Below, one piece after another: positions 35,498 through 43,778 of a stretch of 64,000 nt of DNA (its first letter is position 1; each line of letters begins with the position of its first letter). The stretch lies in the sequence record OQ870555.1; one strand, written 5' to 3'. Both the position numbers and the translations under genes were made by a program. Source of the DNA: Escherichia phage PECP14. The notes below the pieces were generated by a model. It did not search any database, had not been told where the DNA came from, and saw only the letters and a program-made list of their open reading frames with translations.

Positions 35498-35794
35498 ATG
35501 AAACACATTGTACTTGCATTGACTCTAGTATCTACTTCTGTATTTGCTGCTCCACAACAGGAACTTTGTCAAGTTCAAGTTTGTAATAAGCTAGAACGAT
35601 TTACTCTAGACATTTGGTCGCACATTAAAGATAATATGGGTGAACAGTGTTTTGATATTGTTCTGCCAAAAGAACAAGCTGTTCCTGGGGCTGTTCTCAG
35701 CTCAGAATCACGTTGGTGGCAGGGTTCTTCTATCAACCCAACTAAGAAGTCAGTGACACGTATCAAACAAGTATATCAGTGCAATGTTCAGTAA
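35498..35794 (+). CDS. small secreted Cys-containing protein
   Basis: signal peptide MKHIVLALTLVSTSVFAAP. Confidence 0.45.
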   Translation: MKHIVLALTLVSTSVFAAPQQELCQVQVCNKLERFTLDIWSHIKDNMGEQCFDIVLPKEQAVPGAVLSSESRWWQGSSINPTKKSVTRIKQVYQCNVQ

Positions 35795-35802
35795 AATTTC
35801 AC

Positions 35803-35831
35803 TTGCTTAATGCCGAAATTTTCTGTATAAT
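35803..35831 (+). promoter_or_regulatory. early promoter cassette preceding tRNA-Ser
   Basis: TTGCTT-17-TATAAT. Confidence 0.55.
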
Positions 35832-35845
35832 ATATTCATAAATTC

Positions 35846-35939
35846 GGAAGATTAACCCTAAAGGTAAGGGAGCTGTTTGCTAAACAGCCAGTAGCTGTGG
35901 AGACACGGTGTGCCAGTTCGAATCTGGCATCTTCCTCCA
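35846..35939 (+). tRNA. tRNA-Ser(GCT)
   Basis: acceptor GGAAGAT/ATCTTCC; AC loop TTGCTAA; long variable arm; follows promoter. Confidence 0.7.
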
Positions 35940-35944
35940 AATTT

Positions 35945-36022
35945 GGTTCTCAAGCTCATTTGGTATGAGCCGTCGCCTCATAAGCGAAAGGTAGGTAGGT
36001 TCGAATCCTCCGGGAGCCACCA
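35945..36022 (+). tRNA. tRNA-Met/Ile2(CAT)
   Basis: D-stem GCTC/GAGC; AC loop CTCATAA; T-loop TTCGAAT; CCA encoded. Confidence 0.55.
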
Positions 36023-36039
36023 ATTAACTAGGAGACTAT

Positions 36040-36225
36040 ATGTCTAGATTCTATGAAATGAAGAAAGCATTAGAAGAATGTCGGTGTAAGGATTGTCATG
36101 GTGGTGGTAGGCAGGATGATGCAGAACCTGGGGATATTTTCTGTAGAGAATGGGAATGTCCTACATGTAAAGGTACTGGTATCAACCCTGAATATGCAAT
36201 TTGTCTAGACATTGAGCGAGGCTAA
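36040..36225 (+). CDS. small Cys-rich (zinc-ribbon-like) protein
   Basis: CRCKDC...CREWECPTC. Confidence 0.4.
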   Translation: MSRFYEMKKALEECRCKDCHGGGRQDDAEPGDIFCREWECPTCKGTGINPEYAICLDIERG

Positions 36226-36565
36226 GATGGATATTTTTACTACTCCGGCAATAAACCTTTTAGGTGTTGGCTTGTTCCAAGCTACGGTGTATCGTACTGA
36301 TGATTCTACTGATGTGGTAACGTTCATCGTACCTGAGTTCTTCCTAGAAAAGTTCTTTGAAGAGTTTGAGCAGTTCCGTGAAGAACACAATGCTCATTCC
36401 GATATGGAAGATCTAGCAGCTATGTTCCCTGTGGTTTACGGCTATATCTTTGAAGGTAATGGCCTAGATCTTAATAAATCTGAACTCGTTGAACTTAATT
36501 GGGGCATCAATTTTGAAGTTGGCTCTCCATTCCCTCGATATTTCCAGGGTTTAGAGATTCGCTAA
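36212..36565 (+). CDS. hypothetical protein
   Basis: ORF. Confidence 0.45.
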   Translation: MSEAKMDIFTTPAINLLGVGLFQATVYRTDDSTDVVTFIVPEFFLEKFFEEFEQFREEHNAHSDMEDLAAMFPVVYGYIFEGNGLDLNKSELVELNWGINFEVGSPFPRYFQGLEIR

Positions 36566-36573
36566 GATTACAT

Positions 36574-36650
36574 GGGGGTGTAATCGAATTGGCATAGGTA
36601 CTGGACTTAAAATTCAGGTTTTGTGGGTTCGAATCCCACCACCCCTACCA
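36574..36650 (+). tRNA. tRNA, anticodon TAA (isotype uncertain)
   Basis: acceptor GGGGGTG/CACCCCT; T-arm GTGGG-TTCGAAT-CCCAC; AC loop CTTAAAA with short variable loop. Confidence 0.5.
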
Positions 36651-36665
36651 AATTAAGGAAATAAA

Positions 36666-36788
36666 ATGAAAGCTATTAAGAAAGCACTACGTAAATTTAT
36701 GTACTGTCGTTTTCATAGCATCAAGACTTCAACTAATGGTACGACTTATGATCGCTATGATCCTAAGTTTGGCTTACATTCTAAATAA
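36666..36788 (+). CDS. small hypothetical protein
   Basis: 40-codon ORF with AAGGAAA SD after a tRNA. Confidence 0.3.
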   Translation: MKAIKKALRKFMYCRFHSIKTSTNGTTYDRYDPKFGLHSK

Positions 36789-36801
36789 CTGGAGATAATA
36801 A

Positions 36802-37008
36802 ATGGCTAATCCTGAAATTACTGCACAGCGCTTTATGCTGAAAGGTATTATTGCTGAAGCAGGCATGACAGAAGAAGTTGCAGATTTTCAAAAGCAGTTC
36901 CTAAATATTCTCACTCAAGCCAAAGAGCTAGGAGAGAAAGAACATGGCGCGGCTATTATGGCAATCACATTGGTTGGGCTTGATCTGGCAGAAGAATCAG
37001 GAGTTTAA
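36802..37008 (+). CDS. hypothetical protein
   Basis: ORF. Confidence 0.4.
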   Translation: MANPEITAQRFMLKGIIAEAGMTEEVADFQKQFLNILTQAKELGEKEHGAAIMAITLVGLDLAEESGV

Positions 37009-37038
37009 CTCCTCCAAGCAGAAATTTTAAAAATGTAC

Positions 37039-37068
37039 TTGCTTTTTACTTAAGATTTCTGCTATAAT
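37039..37068 (+). promoter_or_regulatory. early promoter cassette
   Basis: TTGCTT-18-TATAAT. Confidence 0.5.
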
Positions 37069-37098
37069 AGTTATATAAATTGATGAAGGAGTTAACGA

Positions 37099-37374
37099 AT
37101 GTCAAAACGTGTTACTGCAACTGGTGTTGAAAGTGCTGTTTGTAAATCCTGGGGTGGCTGGGAAGGTGAGATTGAATGGCTTTATTTCTACGATGTAGAA
37201 CTTCTGCCGGAAGTCAAAGCTAAATGTGTGGAAGCTGGTATGGCTCCTGATGCAAAGGCTGATATCGAAATCACCATGACTAAGCTAGAAGGTCGTGTAA
37301 TTACGCTCAATGATGATTATGAAGAAGTGTTCGAGCTTCCATTCAAACTGAGTGTCACCCCTAGCTTCGAGTAA
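37099..37374 (+). CDS. hypothetical protein
   Basis: promoter cassette + AAGGAG SD. Confidence 0.45.
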   Translation: MSKRVTATGVESAVCKSWGGWEGEIEWLYFYDVELLPEVKAKCVEAGMAPDAKADIEITMTKLEGRVITLNDDYEEVFELPFKLSVTPSFE

Positions 37375-37410
37375 CTGATATAGCACTGAGCAAGTTCTTT
37401 AAAATTTGAC

Positions 37411-37439
37411 TTGCTCAGTCCTTCAAAACTTGATATAAT
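37411..37439 (+). promoter_or_regulatory. early promoter preceding tRNA cluster
   Basis: TTGACTTGCTC / TATAAT. Confidence 0.5.
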
Positions 37440-37503
37440 AGTTATCTAATTTGGAAAACATATTTAAAAGTGTTTAAACTAGTATTTGAATATTTCTAAA
37501 TAT

Positions 37504-37594
37504 GTTGGATTAGTATCGTAGAGGTAGCGAAGCAGACTGTAAATCTGCCGACTCGGAAGGGTCTCGGGTGGTTCGACTCCATCATCCAACACCA
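37504..37594 (+). tRNA. tRNA-Tyr(GTA)
   Basis: AC arm GCAGA-CTGTAAA-TCTGC; long variable arm. Confidence 0.6.
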
Positions 37595-37601
37595 AATTTA
37601 A

Positions 37602-37678
37602 GTCCTGTTAGACAAACTGGTAAAGTCACTACCCTTTCAAGGTAGGATTTGCGGGTTCGATCCCCGCACAGGACGCCA
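37602..37678 (+). tRNA. tRNA-Glu(TTC)
   Basis: acceptor GTCCTGT/ACAGGAC; AC loop CTTTCAA; T-arm GCGGG-TTCGATC-CCCGC. Confidence 0.7.
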
Positions 37679-37687
37679 AATTCTGCA

Positions 37688-37763
37688 TTCCTAGAGTGTT
37701 ACTGGACAGCATGTCGGTCTCCAAAACCGTACGGTCTAGGTTCGAGTCCTAGTAGGTTTGCCA
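37688..37763 (+). tRNA. tRNA-like, anticodon CCA (Trp?), non-canonical acceptor
   Basis: AC arm TCGGT-CTCCAAA-ACCGT and T-arm CTAGG-TTCGAGT-CCTAG are good but acceptor stem does not pair. Confidence 0.35.
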
Positions 37764-37769
37764 ATATTT

Positions 37770-37844
37770 GCACCTTTAGCTGAGATGGATTAGCGCTTGC
37801 CTGAAGAGCTTGAGAGGTTGGATCGTTACCAACGGGGTGCACCA
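37770..37844 (+). tRNA. tRNA-Phe(GAA)
   Basis: acceptor GCACCTT/GGGGTGC; AC loop CTGAAGA; T-arm GTTGG-ATCGTTA-CCAAC (atypical loop). Confidence 0.5.
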
Positions 37845-37846
37845 AT

Positions 37847-38134
37847 TTGAAGGAGATGCTGATGCATCCTGAAAACTTCTTTATTTACTGTGCGGATAAG
37901 TCACTGAAACGCAGAATTAACAAAGTCTATCATTATCGTGCTAGTCAACAGCCTTATGTTTATGCTTTTGATGGAGAAACCATTCCACTAGAGCAGTTGG
38001 CTTGTGATTACATGGTATTGAAGAACTTTGATGAGACAAAGATCTCAAGCGTTCATAATCGACAGAACCCATTAACGTGGAAGTATAAGAAGAAAAAGAA
38101 AGGCATCATATTTCTGAAAAATGTAGTTGCTTAA
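37847..38134 (+). CDS. hypothetical protein
   Basis: ORF after tRNA cluster. Confidence 0.4.
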   Translation: MKEMLMHPENFFIYCADKSLKRRINKVYHYRASQQPYVYAFDGETIPLEQLACDYMVLKNFDETKISSVHNRQNPLTWKYKKKKKGIIFLKNVVA

Positions 38135-38155
38135 CCGCTTAAAGTTCTGTATAAT
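38127..38155 (+). promoter_or_regulatory. early promoter cassette
   Basis: TTGCTT-17-TATAAT. Confidence 0.5.
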
Positions 38156-38184
38156 TATTACATAAATTGAACTGGAGAAGCAAC

Positions 38185-38409
38185 ATGACAGAACAAGAAT
38201 TGAAAGAACGTAAGCTGGTAATGCTTCGCTTACTAAACATTTTCTCTGGTATGGATGGTGGTATTGACTTCGTTAATCTACGTTGCTTTGTAGAAGAAGC
38301 AGAAGGTGAGGCTATCACTAGGATTCTTAAACATATGGGTTTGTTATTAGATGTTGCTAATGTGGCTACTCAATATAAGCTCGAAGATTTACCGGAGCGT
38401 GTTAAATGA
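38185..38409 (+). CDS. hypothetical protein
   Basis: promoter cassette + GGAGA SD. Confidence 0.4.
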   Translation: MTEQELKERKLVMLRLLNIFSGMDGGIDFVNLRCFVEEAEGEAITRILKHMGLLLDVANVATQYKLEDLPERVK

Positions 38410-38597
38410 AAATGTTAGTTAAATTTAAGTGTTGTGGTTCTGAACATATTTTCACTCGTTATAGAGAGTTTAAGATGTGTGAGTGTGGTAAGTCAGGCTA
38501 TGATGCTGGAGATGGCTATTATGCTAGATCTATAGGACATTATAAAGATCTAGAGTTTACTAATCTCGAAAAGCAAGATAAATCGACCGTTGGCTGA
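38406..38597 (+). CDS. small Cys-containing protein
   Basis: ORF overlapping previous stop. Confidence 0.4.
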   Translation: MKMLVKFKCCGSEHIFTRYREFKMCECGKSGYDAGDGYYARSIGHYKDLEFTNLEKQDKSTVG

Positions 38598-38659
38598 ATG
38601 GCTTAGGCGGAGGCCTGCAAAACCTCCTTATGTGAGTTCGAATCTCATGCGGTCGTCCA
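38584..38659 (+). tRNA. tRNA-Cys(GCA)
   Basis: acceptor CGACCGT/GCGGTCG; AC loop CTGCAAA; T-loop TTCGAAT. Confidence 0.6.
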
Positions 38660-38666
38660 AATTTTA

Positions 38667-38749
38667 GGGTCGTTAGCCAAGCGGTTTGGCGGTGGACTGT
38701 TAATCCATGTCGAAAGACAACGTAGGTTCGAATCCTACACGGCCCGCCA
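38667..38749 (+). tRNA. tRNA-Asn(GTT), extended variable region
   Basis: acceptor GGGTCGT/ACGGCCC; AC arm GTGGA-CTGTTAA-TCCAT; T-arm GTAGG-TTCGAAT-CCTAC. Confidence 0.55.
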
Positions 38750-38852
38750 TATTCTGTGTAGAGTTAAGTAAACCGGTAGCCAACCAGCTATCATTACTGA
38801 TATCGAATTCAGTCACAGATACCATTTTTCATTAACAACTGAGGAAATAGAT

Positions 38853-39038
38853 ATGACAACTCGTGCAATTGCTCGACTAGAAGCTGATCGTGATAATCTG
38901 ATTAATAATATTAAGGTTCGTGGTAATATTATTAAGGCTCTGAAAGCTGAACTTCTTGAAGAACTTCAAGGTCAAGTAGAGCGTCGTGAAGCTCTAAAAG
39001 AGGTTGAGGAAGCTATCGAAAAACTCAAAACTGAGTAA
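38853..39038 (+). CDS. small coiled-coil protein
   Basis: ORF with GAGGAAA SD. Confidence 0.4.
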   Translation: MTTRAIARLEADRDNLINNIKVRGNIIKALKAELLEELQGQVERREALKEVEEAIEKLKTE

Positions 39039-39047
39039 ATAAATTAT

Positions 39048-39124
39048 GCGATCGGGGCTGGCTTGGTAATGGTACTCCCCTGTCACGGGAGAGAATGTGG
39101 GTTCGAATCCCATCGGTCGCGCCA
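39048..39124 (+). tRNA. tRNA-Asp(GTC)
   Basis: AC arm CTCCC-CTGTCAC-GGGAG; T-arm GTGGG-TTCGAAT-CCCAT. Confidence 0.7.
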
Positions 39125-39138
39125 ATTTAGGCTATAGT

Positions 39139-39330
39139 ATGACACGCAAATATTTAGTTATTAAAGGTGAACATGCAGGACAAACTGTATACTCATTGAA
39201 ATTTCATGATTATGGTTTAGCCTCAGATGATACTCGATATACTGGAATAGAGCATACAAGTGTAACATTAGACGAAACAGGTGATTATCCTAGTTTTACT
39301 ATTCCTAAAGATTTCTTAAAAGAGATTTAA
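39139..39330 (+). CDS. hypothetical protein
   Basis: start moved downstream of tRNA-Asp. Confidence 0.4.
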   Translation: MTRKYLVIKGEHAGQTVYSLKFHDYGLASDDTRYTGIEHTSVTLDETGDYPSFTIPKDFLKEI

Positions 39331-39331
39331 T

Positions 39332-39408
39332 GCTTCCATAGCTCAACTGGTTAGAGCTACCGCCTCTTAAGCGGAGGGTTGAAGGTTCAAGTCCTTCTGG
39401 GAGTACCA
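39332..39408 (+). tRNA. tRNA-Lys(CTT)
   Basis: D-stem GCTC/GAGC; AC loop CTCTTAA; T-arm GAAGG-TTCAAGT-CCTTC. Confidence 0.6.
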
Positions 39409-39611
39409 AACAAATAGAGTAAAGGCTACAGTAGGTGCACCCTTACGGACTGCTACACCGGACTCTATTCATTAACAAACATTCTAGCGTGGTGGAGAGG
39501 GGACACCAGCTTGCCGAGGGTAGAAGCTCGTTCGATTCGAGTGAAAGAATGGTTCTCGTAAATCCGCACAAGTGATAGCAGGTTCAAGTCCTGCCTAGAT
39601 TGACTTATTAT
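39409..39611 (+). other. degenerate tRNA-like elements
   Basis: two T-arm-like hairpins (CTCG-TTCGATT-CGAG; GCAGG-TTCAAGT-CCTGC) with no complete cloverleaf. Confidence 0.3.
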
Positions 39612-39685
39612 GCGTTCGTAGTTAAAAGGTATAATTTTTGGTTGCCAACCAGAAGTTGAGGGTTCGATTCCCTCCGACCGCACCA
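39612..39685 (+). tRNA. tRNA-Gly(GCC)
   Basis: AC arm TTTGG-TTGCCAA-CCAGA; T-arm GAGGG-TTCGATT-CCCTC. Confidence 0.6.
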
Positions 39686-39933
39686 AATTTAGGTTTCTGC
39701 TTCCTAGAGAACGAACTCCTAGATAAACAAGGTGATGAGTTTCCGGCCGGTTCTAGTCGCTGAAAATCCTCCCGACCAGGTAGGTGTAAGTAAACGAAAG
39801 TTTACTTATTAAGTAAGTCCGACACATCGGCGGGTGTGTTCTAGTACTTAAAGAAGGTCTAGCAAACTTTCTCGCTAGCATGAGTTGATAGCTCGGTGAC
39901 TTACCTAATAAGTAAATTTATTAAAAAATGTAG

Positions 39934-39962
39934 TTGCTATTTAGCTTAATTCTCTGTATAAT
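39934..39962 (+). promoter_or_regulatory. early promoter preceding tRNA-Pro/Met cluster
   Basis: TTGCTA-17-TATAAT. Confidence 0.5.
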
Positions 39963-39994
39963 ATATTTTATAAAGTGAGTTAACAAAGAATATT

Positions 39995-40072
39995 CTCCGT
40001 GTAGCTCAGTTTGGCCAGAGCGTTTCGTTTGGGGCGATAGGGTCGGGGGTTCAAATCCTCCCACGGAGACCA
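39995..40072 (+). tRNA. tRNA-Pro(TGG)
   Basis: acceptor CTCCGTG/CACGGAG; D-stem GCTC/GAGC; AC loop TTTGGGG. Confidence 0.7.
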
Positions 40073-40078
40073 AACAAT

Positions 40079-40156
40079 TGCGGGTTAGATCTCTGGTAGA
40101 GATCGCTAGTCTCATAAGCTAGAAAGAGGTAGGTTCGATTCCTGCACCCGCTTCCA
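40079..40156 (+). tRNA. tRNA-Met(CAT), possibly initiator (1:72 mismatch)
   Basis: D-stem GATC/GATC; AC arm CTAGT-CTCATAA-GCTAG; T-arm GTAGG-TTCGATT-CCTGC. Confidence 0.55.
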
Positions 40157-40177
40157 ATTCAATAGAAGGATTTCGAA

Positions 40178-40342
40178 ATGAAATTATTTCGCTTAAAAGT
40201 AAGTGATCTACGTTCTAGTAAAGATCGTAAGAAGTATCTATTAGCCCATTACGGTAAAGATAAAAATGAAGTAATGGCGGAATTTGGTATTAATCATCCT
40301 TACTTGAAAGTCTACTCTATTAAAGAAGTATACATGTACTAA
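40178..40342 (+). CDS. small hypothetical protein
   Basis: 54-codon ORF between tRNAs. Confidence 0.3.
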   Translation: MKLFRLKVSDLRSSKDRKKYLLAHYGKDKNEVMAEFGINHPYLKVYSIKEVYMY

Positions 40343-40344
40343 AT

Positions 40345-40423
40345 AGATCGCTAGCTCAATTGGTTTAGCAGCACCCGGCTTTTAACCGGAAGGTTCTGGG
40401 TTCGAGTCCCAGGCGGTCTACCA
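40345..40423 (+). tRNA. tRNA-Lys(TTT)
   Basis: acceptor AGATCGC/GCGGTCT; AC loop CTTTTAA; T-arm CTGGG-TTCGAGT-CCCAG. Confidence 0.65.
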
Positions 40424-40440
40424 ATTTAAAGGAATTTGTT

Positions 40441-40758
40441 ATGAATATTAACAAAGTTCTAGAAACAATATCAGAAATGTCTGGTAGAGCTGGAAAACGC
40501 TTTACTGAACTATGTATTAAAAATCAAAAAGTACCAGAACATCAATGTCATTATTGTCGAGATTGTGAACAATACCATGAAATGTGTATGGTTGAAGATT
40601 GGGTCTGGAATCAGATAAGAAAAGAACAACCCAAAGATATTGTTCTATGTTTTACTTGTATGGAACGACGTTTAGGACGTAAAATTACTCTTAAAGATCT
40701 TAAACATGTTCCCTGTAACGCTCCTTACTTCATTGGCTTTAGAATGGAGAGATTTTAA
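40441..40758 (+). CDS. Cys/His-rich protein, possible HNH-type nuclease
   Basis: CHYCRDCEQYHEMC...CFTCMERR. Confidence 0.35.
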   Translation: MNINKVLETISEMSGRAGKRFTELCIKNQKVPEHQCHYCRDCEQYHEMCMVEDWVWNQIRKEQPKDIVLCFTCMERRLGRKITLKDLKHVPCNAPYFIGFRMERF

Positions 40759-40891
40759 TGACTATCTGGTTTTACTTAATGAAGCAGAAAATAAAAGATC
40801 CCTATGTATTCTCTGCCGATTTTACAATAGGTATGTTTATAGCAGGTTTCTGTGAATTTGTAGTTGAAGCCTACATTATAGGAAGTCTTTT

Positions 40892-40965
40892 GCTCGGTTA
40901 GTTTAATGGGAGAACCCCGTCTTTACACGGCGGTTGCGATAGTTCGATTCTATCACCGAGTACCA
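40892..40965 (+). tRNA. tRNA-Val(TAC)
   Basis: AC arm CCGTC-TTTACAC-GGCGG; T-arm GATAG-TTCGATT-CTATC. Confidence 0.65.
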
Positions 40966-40990
40966 ATTAACTCAAAATAAGGAATTGCAA

Positions 40991-41344
40991 ATGCAATTAT
41001 CAAGCAAGGTTCAAGGCTATTTCGGACATGTAACAATGGAGTTCGCTATCTCTAAAGGTTGGGACTTCGAACAAGATTTAGCTGAGTTCTACAAAGATAT
41101 TGATCTGAACGTACCGTACATGGGACTCTCAACTGGTCAAGAGATCACAGAAGCCGACGTGTTCAAGGCAAGTCAAGGTGAGGTAACACCTAGTTTTGCC
41201 GAGTTCTGGTTAGGTATCACACTGAAAGAAGATGCACCGGATAGTGGAGTACTAATGACTAGTATGCACTCTGGAAGCTCTGATTACCTTTTCGTTAGTG
41301 ACGTTAAGGAAATACAAGAAATCTGCAAAAATGTACTTGCTTGA
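40991..41344 (+). CDS. hypothetical protein
   Basis: ORF after tRNA-Val. Confidence 0.45.
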   Translation: MQLSSKVQGYFGHVTMEFAISKGWDFEQDLAEFYKDIDLNVPYMGLSTGQEITEADVFKASQGEVTPSFAEFWLGITLKEDAPDSGVLMTSMHSGSSDYLFVSDVKEIQEICKNVLA

Positions 41345-41365
41345 TGCTTAATTTCTTGTTATAAT
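41337..41365 (+). promoter_or_regulatory. early promoter driving a non-coding stretch
   Basis: TTGCTT-17-TATAAT; next ORF starts 360 bp downstream. Confidence 0.5.
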
Positions 41366-41725
41366 ATTTATATAAATTGATGTGAAAATAGCTGCCTAGA
41401 TATTAGGTGTATGACGTCTACACTAGCAGAGCTACCGAAAAAAGAGATCCTCAGGATAAACGCCGTAGCAAAATTAGTCTGATATCCATCAATTTAGTTC
41501 ACTAAGGTATTAGCTCGACCTAGGACTGGCTGCCAAAAAGCACGGTTGCAATTAGACCCATAATGGCGGGGGATACTTTGCAAGAAGTTCTAGATTAGTC
41601 CACTAGATTCAGCGGCAACTGAATAGTGTATCGGGTTTGTGGAGAGCGGTTATCCTCTACTGGCTAATGTCTGAGGGTAATACGCACACCGAGCTAATAG
41701 CCTTAGTAAACTAGAAGGAATATCT
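41366..41725 (+). ncRNA. candidate promoter-driven non-coding RNA
   Basis: 360 bp with no ORF after the promoter at 41337-41365; GC-rich. Confidence 0.3.
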
Positions 41726-41989
41726 ATGTTTGATCTTAAAGATATGGCTAAGAAACTAATGTCGCAACGTTATCAACAAAGAACCCTCCATAAACGAGTT
41801 TCCGATATGAAGAAACGTTGCAATAATGCTAAGTATTATAATAGTCTTAATAAACTATCTGATATAGATCTTGCTAAAACTGAAGCAATATATAATCACT
41901 TAGTAGTAGAATCTGATATAGTGAATAAAGATATTGCTAGGCTAGAAGCTCAGATTGTAGCAACTGTTCTCGATATGTATAGAGAATAA
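41726..41989 (+). CDS. hypothetical protein
   Basis: ORF. Confidence 0.45.
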   Translation: MFDLKDMAKKLMSQRYQQRTLHKRVSDMKKRCNNAKYYNSLNKLSDIDLAKTEAIYNHLVVESDIVNKDIARLEAQIVATVLDMYRE

Positions 41990-41998
41990 ATAAATTTT

Positions 41999-42077
41999 GG
42001 GGAATGGGTCTGCATGGAGTGGACACCTCGCTTGCACCGAGGACATCAGAACGGTTCGATTCCGTTATTCTCCACCA
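41999..42077 (+). tRNA. tRNA-Ala(TGC)
   Basis: AC arm CCTCG-CTTGCAC-CGAGG; T-arm AACGG-TTCGATT-CCGTT. Confidence 0.6.
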
Positions 42078-42083
42078 AAATTC

Positions 42084-42159
42084 GGGGTCATAGGTTATTT
42101 GGTTAAACTTACTGCCTTGCAAGCAGTGGAACTCAGTTCAATTCTGAGTGACTCCACCA
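42084..42159 (+). tRNA. tRNA, anticodon TGC (second Ala-type)
   Basis: AC arm ACTGC-CTTGCAA-GCAGT; T-arm CTCAG-TTCAATT-CTGAG. Confidence 0.55.
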
Positions 42160-42178
42160 AACAAATTAAGGAAATAAT

Positions 42179-42397
42179 ATGGTATTCTTAGCAGCCTCTG
42201 TAGTTCTTGCAGCTTTAGCACTAGCTATCTATTTTAGAACTATTAAAGATTTAGCTAAAGAAAAGAAAACTTTCTTTACTGATTATTCTTGGGGCGCTCC
42301 ATATACCGTCCGCTTTATCAGCTTAGAAGCTATGCTGATAATGGTATTCAGTGGTATAGGTTCCGTTGTTACAGGGTTACTATTTATTTCTAACTAA
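42179..42397 (+). CDS. small membrane protein
   Basis: two hydrophobic helices. Confidence 0.45.
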   Translation: MVFLAASVVLAALALAIYFRTIKDLAKEKKTFFTDYSWGAPYTVRFISLEAMLIMVFSGIGSVVTGLLFISN

Positions 42398-42404
42398 ATA
42401 AAAT

Positions 42405-42485
42405 GGGGATGTGGCGAAATTGGCAGACGCGCTAGATTTAGGTTCTAGTCTTCGGGTGTGGGTTCGAGTCCCTCCATCCCTACCA
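42405..42485 (+). tRNA. tRNA-Leu(TAG)
   Basis: AC arm CTAGA-TTTAGGT-TCTAG; long variable arm. Confidence 0.6.
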
Positions 42486-42659
42486 AACATTGGATTAACT
42501 CATGATGAAAACTCCTATAACTGATATCTGGTTAGCTGTTAATACATTAACTAAAGAGTATGTGTTTATAGAGTATGGTCAGAGGTATGACCAAAAGATG
42601 TATAATCTCATACTTCCAGTATCCGCTAATGAAGTTTATGATTTAATCCTGAGATCTAC

Positions 42660-42750
42660 GGAAGAGCAAATCGATTAGGTGACGAAAACCACTTGGAAAG
42701 TGGCTGACTGGTAAAACGGCTTGAGAGTTCGAATCTCTCTTCTTCCGCCA
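42660..42750 (+). tRNA. tRNA-Ser(GGA)
   Basis: AC loop TTGGAAA; long variable arm; T-arm GAGAG-TTCGAAT-CTCTC. Confidence 0.55.
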
Positions 42751-42757
42751 AACAACT

Positions 42758-42847
42758 GGAAGGTAGGACATAGTGGTATGTAACAGGTCTTGAAAACCTG
42801 CCCGCTGTAGCGATATGGTGATGGTTCGACTCCATTACCTTCCTCCA
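42758..42847 (+). tRNA. tRNA-Ser(TGA)
   Basis: AC arm CAGGT-CTTGAAA-ACCTG; long variable arm; T-loop TTCGACT. Confidence 0.65.
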
Positions 42848-42865
42848 ACTAATAAGGAAAACCTT

Positions 42866-43069
42866 ATGAAACACATTGTTAAGTATACCGAAAGCGAACG
42901 TGGCTGGGGTGGTGAAATCTGGTATCGTCCATTTGACACCGAGGCCGAAGCCTTGATGGAAGTTAATGATGTAAATAAAGATCTACCTAAAGATCATGTG
43001 CCAACATACTACATCCAAGCTGAGTATATTGGTGTTAAGGATAAGGTTCCCGAAGGTTACAAGTTTTAA
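42866..43069 (+). CDS. hypothetical protein
   Basis: start after tRNA-Ser with AAGGAAA SD. Confidence 0.45.
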   Translation: MKHIVKYTESERGWGGEIWYRPFDTEAEALMEVNDVNKDLPKDHVPTYYIQAEYIGVKDKVPEGYKF

Positions 43070-43388
43070 ATAATTCTTGAAGTATGCCGGAATCGGTAGA
43101 CGGGGCTTCCTAAAGGGCGTAAGGGGAACATCCACTCCTCATAAGATACCCGAAAACGAGGCTGAGATAAATGGTCTATCTCGTGAAGGTTCAAGTCCTT
43201 CTGCTTCTTGATACATCAATGGCTCAAAGAGTAACGGTGCACCTTTCTAGAGAATTTCCTGGGCGAGAATCCAGGTGTAATCAACTAGTTGTTAGTGTGA
43301 TGAGTTTCGGAGAGCCGCCACAATTGAAGTCTTTAGAATGGGTATCGCCCTTTAGCCCCTCCGAAAGGGATAACTAGAGATTTCAATT

Positions 43389-43465
43389 GTGGCTATATCA
43401 TAATTGGTTAATGATCCTGATTGTGAATCAGGCCTATGTGGATTCGAATTCCACTAGCCACCCCA
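43389..43465 (+). tRNA. tRNA-His(GTG)
   Basis: AC arm CCTGA-TTGTGAA-TCAGG; T-arm GTGGA-TTCGAAT-TCCAC. Confidence 0.7.
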
Positions 43466-43471
43466 AATATT

Positions 43472-43546
43472 GCGTCCTTATTTCAATGGAAAGAATGTAA
43501 AGCTACGAACTTTACGATCGGGGTTCGATTCCCTGAGGATGCACCA
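43472..43546 (+). tRNA. tRNA-Arg(ACG)
   Basis: AC arm TAAAG-CTACGAA-CTTTA; T-loop TTCGATT. Confidence 0.65.
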
Positions 43547-43570
43547 ATTAACTTATATAGGAACTAAAAT

Positions 43571-43771
43571 ATGGCTGATTTCTGCAAAGAATGCTCTATC
43601 GATATGTGGGGCAAAGATACTGGTGATCTTTCTGGTCTGATTACAGAAGCCGAAGTTAAAGAAGGCTATGGTGCTGTTGTAATCTGTGAAGGTTGTGGTA
43701 TTATTCGTGTTGATCATAATGGTAAACGTCTAGAAGAACCAGATCCAATTGCCACGGTTCCTGTAGAATAA
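43571..43771 (+). CDS. small Cys-rich protein
   Basis: CKEC...CEGCG. Confidence 0.4.
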   Translation: MADFCKECSIDMWGKDTGDLSGLITEAEVKEGYGAVVICEGCGIIRVDHNGKRLEEPDPIATVPVE

Positions 43772-43778
43772 AAATTAT

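Noticed and set aside
39465-39686. 73-aa minus-strand ORF (GIEPSTSGW...)
   Set aside because: Reverse-strand read-through of tRNA-Gly and tRNA-like sequence; the same artifact explains minus-strand ORFs at 39921-40115, 41937-42122, 42656-42874 and 43701-44039
43171-43377. 68-aa plus-strand ORF
   Set aside because: Falls in a GC-rich inverted-repeat-rich stretch with no SD or promoter; more likely structured RNA than protein
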